Shown: piece by piece, positions 50,173-60,580 of the stretch
How positions within the stretch are numbered: the first letter of the stretch is position 1
Layout: every line of letters starts with the position of its first letter
Source: Eledone cirrhosa
Taxonomy: Eukaryota
Assembly (NCBI GenBank): GCA_964016885.1
Contig: CAXHJY010001439.1
Location: 248,001 to 312,000, forward strand
Direction of reading: 5' to 3'
DNA: 64,000 bases
Translations under genes and position numbers: made by a program
The notes under the pieces: model-generated
Told to the model about the DNA's origin: nothing
Database searches by the model: none
The model's input: only the letters and a program-made list of their open reading frames with translations

Positions 50173-50384
50173 TATCACACTGTGTCTCTCTGAGAGGCGA
50201 GTGTATTTTCATTGGCAACATGAACATCCCAAAACATAACCCCCCCCACACCCACACACACCCACACACACACACACACACATATTGTTTTACTTTGGCA
50301 GGTTTATGTTGCCAATAAAAATATACGTATCTCCCTCAAATAAGGCTCAGTATATATATAAATATTATACACATTAATATACAA

Positions 50385-51178
50385 TCATCGACACAACGAC
50401 CACAACCACGACCATTACCACCACTACCACCACCAACAACAACAACAACTACAACAACAAAAACAACAGCAACAACACCACCATCATTATCAACACAATT
50501 ACCAAAATCAATATCACCCTTACACCACCACCACCACCACCACCACCACCACCACCGCCAACACCAACACAACCACCACCACCACCACCACCACTACCAT
50601 CACCACCAGCACCAGCACCACCACCAACACTACCATCACTACCATCACCACCACCACCACTACCATCACCACCACCACCACCACCACCTCCATCAACAAC
50701 AACTACAACAACAAAAACAACAGCAACAACACCACCATCATCACCAACACAATCACCAAAATCAATATCACCCTTACAACCACCACCACCACCACCACCA
50801 CCGCCAACACCAACACAACCATCACCACCACCACCACCACCACCACTACCATCACCACCAGCACCACCACCACCACCACCTCCACCAGCACCACCACCAC
50901 CACCACCACCTACTCCACCACCAAAAACACCACCACCACCACCACTACCATCACCACCAGTACCACCACCACCACCACTACCATCACCACCAGCACCACC
51001 ACCACCTCCACCACCACCAGCACCACCACCACTACCATCACCAGCACCACCACCACCACCTCCACCACCACTACCACCACCACCACCACCACCGCTACCA
51101 CCACCAGCACCACTACCACCACCACCACCACTACCACCACCAGCACCACTACCACCACCACCACCACCACTACCACAT
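50385..51178. repeat. (ACC)n/(ACA)n array with a 254-bp tandem duplication
   Basis: ATCAATATCACCCTTACA at 50507 and 50761. Confidence 0.88.
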
Positions 51179-51296
51179 AACTGTTACTGTGATGTTACAC
51201 TCAATTTCGCAACGTGTTTTTTTAACATTTACGATTCACAGTTTTTAAAAGCAAAACGTTGTTAGTTTGCGGAGTTAATTGAGAGAACGGGAACAT

Positions 51297-51522
51297 GGCA
51301 ACAATGGAAGCAATAATAGCAGCAACAACAACAGCAATACCAATAGCAGTTACAACAACAGCAACAACAACATCAACCACAGCAATAGCAACAACAACAA
51401 CAACAACGACAATAGCAACAACAACAGCCACAGCAATAGCAACAGCAGCAACAACAACTAATGCAGCAATCAATAGTAGCAAACAACTACAACAATACCA
51501 ACAGCAGCAACATCAACAACCG
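51297..51522. repeat. (ACA/GCA)n low complexity
   Basis: Direct read. Confidence 0.85.
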
Positions 51523-51553
51523 CATACCGTAGCTGTATGTCATATATCAAATC

Positions 51554-51628
51554 ATATATTTTGTCTGATGAGGACGTACTGAAAAAAACAACACAGTACC
51601 TTTGAAATATATATATAATAAAGTATAT
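51554..51628 (+). ncRNA. Type I hammerhead ribozyme-like motif 1
   Basis: Stem I ATATATTTTGT(51554-64)/ATAAAGTATAT(51618-28). CTGATGA 51565-71. Stem II GTACTG/CAGTAC on a weak GGAC/CTTT base. GAAA 51604-07. Palindromic stem III TATATATA. UH = TA 51616-17. Confidence 0.65.
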
Positions 51629-51743
51629 ATTTTGATTATGAGAATATTTTTGATTTGTTAATATTTTGAGATATCCGGGAGCTTCCAACAGAAATGGTCG
51701 CATTCTCTAAGGGTATGTCAATATTTATTTATAAAGCTGCTCT

Positions 51744-51819
51744 ATATTATATTTTATCTGATGAAAGCACACCATAATTTAACTTGATGTCCTTGAAATA
51801 TGTATAATGAAATAAATAT
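51744..51819 (+). ncRNA. Type I hammerhead ribozyme-like motif 2
   Basis: Stem I ATTTTAT(51751-57)/ATGAAAT(51807-13), extendable via ATATT/AATAT. CTGATGA 51758-64. Stem II AAGCACACCA/TGATGTCCTT (8 of 10 paired). GAAA 51795-98. Stem III TATGTA. UH = TA 51805-06. Confidence 0.65.
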
Positions 51820-51845
51820 GGTTTTATAAATATAGTTTCCATTTG

Positions 51846-51953
51846 TTCCCGCCGAGGTTGACTTTGCCTTTCATCCTTACGGGGTCGATAAAATAAAGTA
51901 CCAGTAATGCACTGTTTAATTGCTGGCCTTGTGCCTAACGTAGAAACAAAAAA
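51846..51953 (+). mobile_element. 5'-truncated tRNA-derived SINE
   Basis: 'cccgccgaggttgactttgcctttcatccttacggggtcgataaaataaagtaccagtaatgcactg...ggccttgtgcctaacgtagaaac' matches the 52185-52365 copy. Confidence 0.85.
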
Positions 51954-52184
51954 ATATATCGTATTTTTACTCCAACAATTTGTTGAGTGCTTTATATCAG
52001 TTATAAAAATATTTGCTTGTTGTATCCCAACAATTTAAATAGAATTTCTACATATATATATACTTAGGGTAAACATGGATGCAATTCAATTCAAGCACTC
52101 AACGTACTTATTCCACATAGGAGTGACGGAGTAAATATCGAATAAGGAAAAGCGAAGTAGTTTCAGATGTCTTTTAATAATAAT

Positions 52185-52365
52185 TGTTTCTACTTTAGGC
52201 ACAAGGCCAGCACATACCCAGTTCATTACTGGTACTTTATTTTATCGACCCCGTAAGGATGAAAGGCAAAGTCAACCTCGGTGGGATTTGAACTCAGATC
52301 GTAAAGGGACGTAACTATGCTGGAAAGCATGGCGTCCGACCCTCTACCGATACTGCCAATCCACC
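52185..52365 (-). mobile_element. Full-length tRNA-derived SINE with target-site duplication
   Basis: Minus strand: TGGCAGTATCGG (A box), GAGTTCAAATCC (B box), 'ggggtcgataaaataaagtaccagt' body. TSD GTCTTTTAATAATAAT at 52169-52184 and 52368-52383. Confidence 0.88.
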
Positions 52366-52630
52366 AAGTCTTTTAATAATAATGCTGTGATATATATTTC
52401 AATGGCGACAGTGGTCACACTGTTCCGTGCGCCAGTGTCACCACATCGTCAGACAGCTTTTTACATAATAAGGTTATGTTTCCGAGGCAATCCAAATCCA
52501 TGTCGATTCAATTTGGATTGCCTCGGAAACATAACCTTATTATGTAAAAAGCTGTCTGACGATGTCGCGACACTGACACACGGAACAGTGTGACCACTGT
52601 CGCCATTGAAATATATATCACAGCATTATT

Positions 52631-52715
52631 ATCCTTACGGGGTCGATAAAATAAAGTACCAGTAATGCACTGGGTAATTGCTGGCCTTGTGCCTAAAGTA
52701 GAAACAATTATTATT
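52631..52715 (+). mobile_element. 5'-truncated copy of the same SINE
   Basis: 'atccttacggggtcgataaaataaagtacc...gtagaaacaattattatt', flanked by ATTATTAT on both sides. Confidence 0.85.
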
Positions 52716-52753
52716 AAAAGACTTGAACATCTGAAACTACTTCGCTTTTCCTT

Positions 52754-52858
<105 letters not shown>

Positions 52859-53579
52859 TCCGTTTCATAAGTCTATATAACCGGAAAAACAGTTTATATT
52901 TAATTTGTTTTCGAGCTTATAGCTATTTGTATAATATCTCCCTTAATTCTTTATTGAATGTTTTTCTAATCTTAGAGTAAATATTTTACAATAATTTTCT
53001 AATTGCGTTCGTCGTAAATATAATATTATAGTTTTCTAATTGTGTTGCTAAATATAATCTTTCTATATCGACTTTATAATAGTATCTTCTAAATGCAATC
53101 ACTATTTCCACCCTACCCAAATCATTTTCTATTCTAGTCTTACTAATTCAATTAACTTCCAGTTGAGAATAATACTATGACGGTAATATATTAGTAAAAC
53201 AGCTACTGTATTGAGACATATTAACCCCACAACCTTCTTTTTAGCATTTAACTCGTTTTTATTTATTTACAAGTATTAATCGAATGCGACTATAATACAC
53301 TATCTTACCCTTTTCTTTCATTTGTGTGTTTTGTGTTATTTAGTTCATTAATTCCAAAGTATTTATAAGTCTGTCGTTCTTCCACTTCTTCTCTCTCTAT
53401 CTCGTTATCTAATATGATATTACTGGCTTTTATTATTAATTCACATCTCTTAAAGGTAACGTTGGTATTTTATTTATCAACTGAACCGATTTGCATTGCT
53501 AAACCGAACCGGTTTTCATTCTACTTTCTCTAGAATACACGTGTTTTTTTTTTCATCTGCATTACATTATACTTTAGGT

Positions 53580-53923
53580 CAGAGCTTGTCAAAGTTGGCT
53601 CTACTTCCCCCCGGGGGCGTTGAGTAGGACCAAGGGGACGCTGGAGCCTAACCGACAGTGGGGGAACTGTAGAGAGAGAGATGATATAATAGTATATTAA
53701 ATATCAAATGATATATATTATATATAAATATAGTAAAATAAAAAATATATATTTATTTAAGTAATACCCTCAGCGCCAGTATATACACAGTATATATTAT
53801 ATTATTTATTATATATAAATTAACGATTATATTTAGTATACATTATTTACAATTTGTATGGGGCGCTGAGGGTATTACTTGGCAGTGAGTGGGGCGGTGG
53901 CCAAACAAGTTTGAGAAACTCTG
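53580..53923. mobile_element. hAT (Charlie/Buster-like) MITE
   Basis: TIRs CAGAGCTTGTCAAAGTTG / CAAGTTTGAGAAACTCTG. 8-bp TSD CTTTAGGT (53572-79) / CTTTAGGA (53924-31), with the central TA typical of Buster-type hATs. Confidence 0.8.
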
Positions 53924-54019
53924 CTTTAGGATACCCATACAAAGGAGATCCTGCATCTTATTTTATGAAGGGGAGACCCCAGCAGAAGTTTTAAGTGGAT
54001 AGTTAACTGTATATAAGTC

Positions 54020-54293
54020 TAAACTCTGTCTCGAACACGGCGGCTCATCAGGCAGGTGTTTATCTCGGTTTCCGTAGCATGAAGCAACTGAGAGTACAAG
54101 ACTTCCCACTGGACAAGACGCCAGCCCATCACTGGGTTAAACCTGCAACTGTTGCTTGTACTCCTATTCAACTGAATAGACTGGAGCAACGTGAAATGAA
54201 GTCTTTTGCTGAAGAACACAAAATAAAACCCAGTCCTGGAACAAAGCCACGACATTATGATCGTAAGTCAAACACCGTTACCACGCGACCACA
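54020..54293 (-). mobile_element. Diverged tRNA-derived SINE with CORE-like and V-domain-like segments
   Basis: Minus strand: 'gtggtcgcgtggtaacggtg' head, CORE-like 'gtgttcttcagcaaaagacttcatttcacgttgctccagtc', then 'aacccagtgatgggctggcgtcttgtccag...gcttcatgctacggaaaccgagataa'. Confidence 0.7.
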
Positions 54294-54389
54294 GAAAGCA
54301 TATTTTTGATACCGTATCGATTCTGTTTGCAAGTCCACCGCACTAACACGTGTAAAAATATTGATTTATGAACGAGAAGGGCATAGATC

Positions 54390-54505
54390 ATTAAATCAAT
54401 GCTACAAGGAATAAAGGTAAAGTGGACTTTGGTGGGATTTGAACTCAGAATGTAAAGAACCAAAACAAACCTCACTTTGGCACTTTATCTGACGCACTAC
54501 CGATT
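54390..54505 (-). mobile_element. Old SINE head fragment (family of 52185-52365)
   Basis: 'aaggaataaaggtaaagtggactttggtgggatttgaactcagaatgtaaag' parallels 52255-52306. Confidence 0.7.
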
Positions 54506-54727
54506 ATCTATCTATCTATCTATCTTGATAGAGTAAGACACGCTTCGCATCGGCTCCGCTATTCCATCGGGATTTACCCTTACTATTGTAAGTACCGGAT
54601 ACATTTTTTAGTGCAACACATTTGGAACACTAACCCCTGTTATTTAGGGAAACATTTTTGCATTTACCCCCTTTTTAGGGAGTAAAATAAATATCTATTT
54701 TTGCCGAAAAATTTCTTTCTTGGCAGC

Positions 54728-56563
54728 ATGGCGGAAAAGATGGCAGACATGTCTGCCATTAGCTCTGCCACGCCCCCCAAGTCTGAAGAACAAAAAATAA
54801 TTACAACAAAATTAGACATTGAAACAAACAAACAAAATGAAAAAACAAATGTTAAGGAAAATGAGCAAACAGAAAACAAACAAACAGAAAATAATACAAA
54901 TAACGACAGGGCAACTTTCGCCCAGAAAACAAAACAATCCATTACATACACACCAATTGACCTAACTGCCGCCAGAGAAAAACTGGCCGAAGCAAAGAAA
55001 CACATTGTTTTGGGGGAGAACGGAATGTTTTCCATTAACTCCCCCCCAGAATTCAAGAAAGCCAGAGCAGAAAACACAGTTCTATACAGAACTATACTGA
55101 ACCAGACAAGAAAGCCAGCACAGCCCAGCCAAATGGAAATAGAGTTAGTCCTAAAAGATTATATGAAGAATATTCTCTTCATACGAAAGGACCGACTCTA
55201 TGGCAGCATTTCGGTCCTAACAAGAGACAAAGAAACGGCGGAGAAGCTTTCCCTAAGCCCACTCTCGTCGACAACATATAGCTTCTATCCCTCCTACATG
55301 GGTAGAAGAACACAGAGAGTAAAAGTAAAAGCAATGCTGCCCACAATGGACTTCTGGTGGGCTATTGCTGGCTTCATTGATATGGGCGAAGACACTATGC
55401 TGTCAATGGGGAAGGCAACTGGAGATGCGTTCCTGGGAATGGGCCTCGACATACTAGTCCAAATGAGGCCCGAAAGAATAGCACAAATCCCGGATCGCAT
55501 CTGGCTGGATGACCTTACCCCAATAGACATAATTGTAGAGGGGAGAAGACCAGCATGCTATTTATACATGGAAAGGGGACACGTTAAGGCTAACTGCCCG
55601 AAACGTATCCCCCAAAAAGGATTATTGCCCACACCCACCACAAACAGTACACCAGCACCACCTACCTCCAAAAATACACTAATACCACACACAGCAAACA
55701 AAATACAGACACCACCAACCACAAACACAACACAAACATCACCACCACCAGCACCAAACACAAGCACGACACAAAAATCACCACCACCAACCACAACACA
55801 AACATCACCACCACCATCAACAACCACAAGCACGACACAAACATTACCACCACCACCACCACAAAACCCATTCCAAACAAATAATAAAAAAAACAGTAAC
55901 AAATCTACCCCTCCCGCAAAAAAAAAACAACCACACAACACGTCCCTCCCACCTAGCGCTGAAGAGTTTCCCCCAACTTCTGAAGAAGAAGGAGGAGAAG
56001 CCTTCAGACAAGTTAAAAGAAAAAAAAGAAAACACACACCCAGCACACCACAAATAACCCACACACAAACACCAACTCCAATCAAAAACACCCCACCCTC
56101 AACAAACAAAAATAAATCTGCGCCTCCCCTCTCCGAAACATTGACAGCATCACAAAAAAAGACGTTGCAATACACATATATAAATAAAGAAAACAAAAAA
56201 CTGGTTAAATTAATAAACAATAACCCTATGGTGCAGACCGAAGGGCCAAACTTTATCTCAACAGAGAACTTCACCCATTTAAAAATGATAAAGGTCCCTC
56301 TGGACCTTTATCGTTCCTTAAAAGAACAATTTAGACGGGACGTGAGCCCCCCCTGTTTAAAACCGTTGAATCGCGTCCTCTTGAAAGATTTCCCCATAAC
56401 CGCCCCTCTCCCTGACACAACTCCAAATACCCCAACCCCACCACACACGTGTACCCCCACACCACCACAAAACATCCCTCCACCCAACACACCTGATGCC
56501 ATGGAAATTACGCAACCCGGAGAGGTAAGTGCTTTTCTTTCTTCACTTTCAACACCAAAATAG
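54728..56563 (+). CDS. LINE ORF1 (gag-like nucleic-acid-binding protein)
   Basis: Open frame from ATG 54728. Degenerate knuckle 'EGRRPACYLYMERGHVKANCP' (Cx2[C>Y]x4Hx4C), then a Pro/Thr-rich linker and basic 'VKRKKRK'. Confidence 0.85.
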   Translation: MAEKMADMSAISSATPPKSEEQKIITTKLDIETNKQNEKTNVKENEQTENKQTENNTNNDRATFAQKTKQSITYTPIDLTAAREKLAEAKKHIVLGENGMFSINSPPEFKKARAENTVLYRTILNQTRKPAQPSQMEIELVLKDYMKNILFIRKDRLYGSISVLTRDKETAEKLSLSPLSSTTYSFYPSYMGRRTQRVKVKAMLPTMDFWWAIAGFIDMGEDTMLSMGKATGDAFLGMGLDILVQMRPERIAQIPDRIWLDDLTPIDIIVEGRRPACYLYMERGHVKANCPKRIPQKGLLPTPTTNSTPAPPTSKNTLIPHTANKIQTPPTTNTTQTSPPPAPNTSTTQKSPPPTTTQTSPPPSTTTSTTQTLPPPPPQNPFQTNNKKNSNKSTPPAKKKQPHNTSLPPSAEEFPPTSEEEGGEAFRQVKRKKRKHTPSTPQITHTQTPTPIKNTPPSTNKNKSAPPLSETLTASQKKTLQYTYINKENKKLVKLINNNPMVQTEGPNFISTENFTHLKMIKVPLDLYRSLKEQFRRDVSPPCLKPLNRVLLKDFPITAPLPDTTPNTPTPPHTCTPTPPQNIPPPNTPDAMEITQPGEVSAFLSSLSTPK

Positions 56564-59500
56564 ATCAATTGAGAGTTGGCTGTTTGAACGCGCGTGGCCT
56601 GGGCTCAGCTTGGAAGCAAGCAAAGCTTCTAAGTGACCTCAGGTCACAAAGTATAGATGTGATGGTTGTTTGCGAGAGTCGGATCAGCAGCGTGAGACAG
56701 CTGGCGCCCGCCTTCGATGACTTTGAGATGCACGCATCTCTCTGTCAACCCGGAGGCGGGGGGGGGGGGGAGTTGCCGTACTGCTGGATAAACGTCTGAC
56801 TCTCGACGTACAGATTGTTCACTCGGACCCGGGGGGTCGATTACTGGTGCTGGACGTCGCTGGCGGTGAAGGCGGGGCTTTCAGACTGGTCGGTCTTTAT
56901 GCTCCCTTCGGGGCGGAAAGAGCCGACTTCTTCCAGCGTCTGGAGACTTTTCTAGGAACGTCGCGTTCCCTGCTTTTAGTGGGGGACTGGAATGGAATCC
57001 TAGATGCGCGTTGGGACTATGCAGGGGCATGTCCCGATAGAGGGGGGTGTAATAGCCTCAAGGGGTTACTCGATCGATTCGACCTGGTCGATAGATTTCG
57101 ACTAGATTGTCCAACTGCGCCAACCTGGACCTGGGCAAACCGCAGTGGACAATCTAGATCGTACCTAGATAGGTTTTTGGTTAGGAGTAAGGATAGGGAC
57201 GTATTTAGTTGTCCAGAACTGATCATGGTTGGCTATTCAGATCACAAATTAGTGACCTGCGTGGTCAACCTTGATAGAACGCATAGACAGGGTCCCGGTT
57301 ACTGGAAGATGAACTTGTCCTTACCGACAAAGAAAGATTACAGAAACCGGATTAGTAGCTTAGTTAAGATGCGGTTGACGGGAGCGATCGTCAACAGTAG
57401 GTGGTGGATATCTCTAAAGAGAGAGATTAGAGTAAGTTCGATAGGTTACAGTAAGGAACTAGCGGCGAATAGAAATAGGAGGGAAAGGGAGTTAACAGAT
57501 AAACTAGAAGAGGCGATTAGGAGCGGAGACGTAGCCAGAGTGTTAGCGACGAGAACGGCATTGAGCCAGTTCTTTGACGCGAAGCACGAAGGCTGCGTTG
57601 TCCGAAGTAAAATACGTGCTTTAGGAAACGAGGGGACCAAAGCTGTTAGCTGGGCCCGCGTGACAGAAGCCAAGAGTGGGATTAAATCCACCATTCGGTC
57701 TTTGCGAGACCAGGATGGACGGGTGATCCTTGAACCTGAGCGAATGTGCGAGACCTTTCAAAGGCACTTTGCTCGACTGTTCGGAGGTGGCGGGGGGCCG
57801 GATGGGGATGTGGACTTCGGTCCATACCTCGACGGTCTACCGCGTCTTTCGAGCGGCGAAGCGGAGTGCTGCGAAGGGCCAATCACAGCCACTGAAATCG
57901 GGGAAGCGCTCAGCCAATGCAGCAGACGCAAATCCCCGGGTCTCGATGGTCTACCATACGAACTTTATTTAGCTATGCCGGTCTTGTTCTCCGAACTCCT
58001 CGAGGCTGTCTATTGCAACTGGCAACAGAACGGGAGAATTCCCTGTTCTGTGACCAAGGGCGTGGTCACGCTAGTGAGGAAGGACGAGAGCAAGGGGGAC
58101 GACTTAAGTAACTTTAGGCCCATAACTCTGCTGAATGCAGAGTTACAGATTTTGGCCAAGGTGTTGGCGAAGAGGTTGGCGCTTGTGGTGGGTGGTTTGG
58201 TGGGAGACGCGCAGACATGCGCTATCCCGTCCAGGTCCATTCACGACAACCTCCACCTCATGCGATACATCATAGAGAGGGTTGGCTACGAACCCGGCTT
58301 TGGTGGGGCCCTGATCAACTTGGATCAATCTAAGGCGTTCGATAGGGTCGACCATGGTTACCTGGATGCGGTGCTAGCGGCGGCGGGCTTCGGACCCGTT
58401 TTCAGGGGCTGGATTTCTGCCATGCACAGTGGCAACATCTACTCTAGGATTAAAGTAAACGGCTACCTCTCGGAGCCGTTTCAAATCACCCGATCCATCA
58501 GACAGGGGTGCCCCCTCTCCTCCCTTCTGTACGTATTGACTCTCGAGCCACTGCTGCGGAAGTTGGAGTTGCTGCGGGGCATACCCCTGGAACCGGGATT
58601 GCACAAAGCGGTCTCGGCCTATGCCGACGACGTAACAGTAATGGTGGCAGACGCCTCGGAAATCGGGGCGATCGCCACCCTACTGGAGGAATACGAAAGG
58701 CTGACGGGGGCTAAGCTGAACCAGGACAAGTCAGTCGGTTTGCAACTCGGAACGTGGAGGGGCAAACCGATGCCGTTAGACGGTGTCGTCGGGCGGTGGA
58801 CGGAGGGCCCGGTGAAGCTGCTCGGGGTCTGGTTCGGACCGGACCTCCAGGTGGAGAAGAATTGGGGCGAGGTGACGAGCAGGGTGTTTGCGCTGACCCA
58901 GAAGTGGGCCAAGTGCAAACTATCACTGAAAGGTCGGGCGGAGGTGACGAACGCTTACATAGCGTCCGTCATCTACTACCGCCTGACCGTCGTGCCTTGC
59001 CCCAAGGAAAAGCTCACCATCATGGAACGCATGCTCTTCCAGTTCCTCTGGAAGAAGCGGCCTCCCATGGTGAGGAGATCCATCTGCTGCCAGCACCCTT
59101 CGAAAGGAGGGCTGGGTATGCCGTGGCTGTTGATGCGTAGGCACGCATTGAGGCTACGGCATCTACAGGTATTCCTCAACGGTCAGCCGGTGTGGGCCCC
59201 GTTTGTGAGGCGAGCCTTCCCACAGCTCGTCTCGCTCACCGAACTGCAATCCTGAGTGAAGCAAAGACCGAGAAAACTGGGCAACTGGCACACCGAGTGT
59301 GCCCAGGCGCTCACGGCTATTTGGCAAGCGGACCCGACTGTCAGTGGAGAATCCACCTCGACATTCTATAGAGGGTTGGTGGCTAGCAGGGGCGACGACA
59401 CCCTTGGAGAGTCGCTAGGCATGGAGGAAGACGAACTGGCTAGCCTGTTCGGTAGAACTTTCGGCCCGGGACCCATGGACAACTTCCAGAGGTCCCTAGC

Positions 59501-60002
59501 CTGGCAGTGTTACCGGGGGGCTCTGCCCGTTCGAGAAAAGCTCTACAGACACGGGCGCCCGGGCAGGGATCCCGCGAAAAAGATCTGTCCCAGATGCGTG
59601 CGCGACGAGGAAACCGTTGCGCATGCACTGGTACACTGCCCGGGCGTTGCCGATCTGTGGGGCTACGTCGAACGACTGCTGTCGCGTGTGGCGCCGATTC
59701 GATTAACCGCCGAGTCTGTGGTGAACATCAAGCCGCCTCCTCCCTTCAGAAATGAAGCAGAGGCGGTCTTTCTGTGCGTAATAGCCATGATGAAAGAGGT
59801 TGTGTGGTGGACGCGCCTGAAAGGTCTGAGGTCGGGTGACTTTCTCTCCGGCCATCACCTGGTTTACTTCTTCCGATACCACTTCGGAAGAAGAATCAGG
59901 ATGGAGAGAGAAGTGCTTGGTCCCAGACAGTTTTATGAAAGGTGGGTGAAAGAAGCGAGAATGGCCCGTGTAAATGGGCCTTCTCTCTACATTGTTCTGT
60001 AG
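56560..60002 (+). pseudogene. LINE ORF2 (AP endonuclease + reverse transcriptase + C-terminal zinc finger), disrupted
   Basis: EN motifs LNARGL, VCE, GVAVLL, LYAP, GDWN, SYLDRF, SDH. RT motifs SPGLDGLP, FRPITLLN, LDQSKAFDRV, RQGCPLS, YADD. C-terminal CPRC..ETVAHALVHCP. Frameshift in the G-run ~56758-56771 and in-frame TGA at 59253-55. Confidence 0.92.
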
Positions 60003-60240
60003 GTGAAGAAGTGAAGAGGAAAGGGGGAGCGCCTCCTCTCTGGGCTTCCCCCGCGAAAAGAATTGCACACTTTTCGGGGGTATGTGCAATCCCCAACACG
60101 CCCCCTCCCTTTTGAGGACTTTTATTGTTATATTATTATTGTTATTCCTTTTTTCTTTACTCGATTTATGTAAACTCCCCACTGTGTAAATGTCCCCTTC
60201 TTTTGTGCCCTCGTGGCAAATAAATAGAAATTTATCTATG

Positions 60241-60283
<43 letters not shown>

Positions 60284-60291
60284 TATATATA

Positions 60292-60580
60292 CCAGCAAAT
60301 TTTATAAAAGGTGGGTGAATGTGGCAAAGATAGTCCGAGTGGTTGGGCCTTCTCTCTATATAAGCCTGTTGGTGCTCCTGGAGATGAGGGTTGTACATTT
60401 TTTCGGGGTGTGTACAACCCCTGTGTCACGCCTCCCCCTATTGGGGATTTCAATTGTTATTTTTTATTTTATTAATAGTTATTAATAGTTATTTTATTAA
60501 TTTTATTTTCATATACCTGTATGTAAACTCCCCATTTGTATTTGTCCCCTTCTTTTGTGCCCTTGTGGCTAATAAAGAAA
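60292..60580 (+). mobile_element. Diverged 5'-truncated 3' fragment of a related LINE, ending in (TATC)n
   Basis: Encodes KFYKRWVNVAKIVRVVGPSLYI versus QFYERWVKEARMARVNGPSLYI in the full copy. Shares 'tgtaaactcccca..tgtccccttcttttgtgccct.gtggc.aataaa'. Confidence 0.88.

Larger units (their letters stand above)
54526..60230 (+). mobile_element. Near-full-length non-LTR retrotransposon, L1/Tx1 clade, flanked by (TATC)n
   Basis: ~200-nt 5' UTR, ORF1 with a zinc-knuckle, ORF2 APE-RT-zinc finger, 3' UTR ending AATAAATAGAAA. (TATC)n at 54505-54525 and 60233-60283. Confidence 0.93.

Noticed and set aside
56525-56575. Micro-intron fusing ORF1 to ORF2
   Set aside because: None of the nearby AG acceptors (56563, 56573, 56575) gives the ORF2 frame, and 39-51 nt is very short.
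55294-60182. Small antisense and alternative-frame ORFs within the LINE
   Set aside because: They are shadows of the real ORF1 and ORF2.
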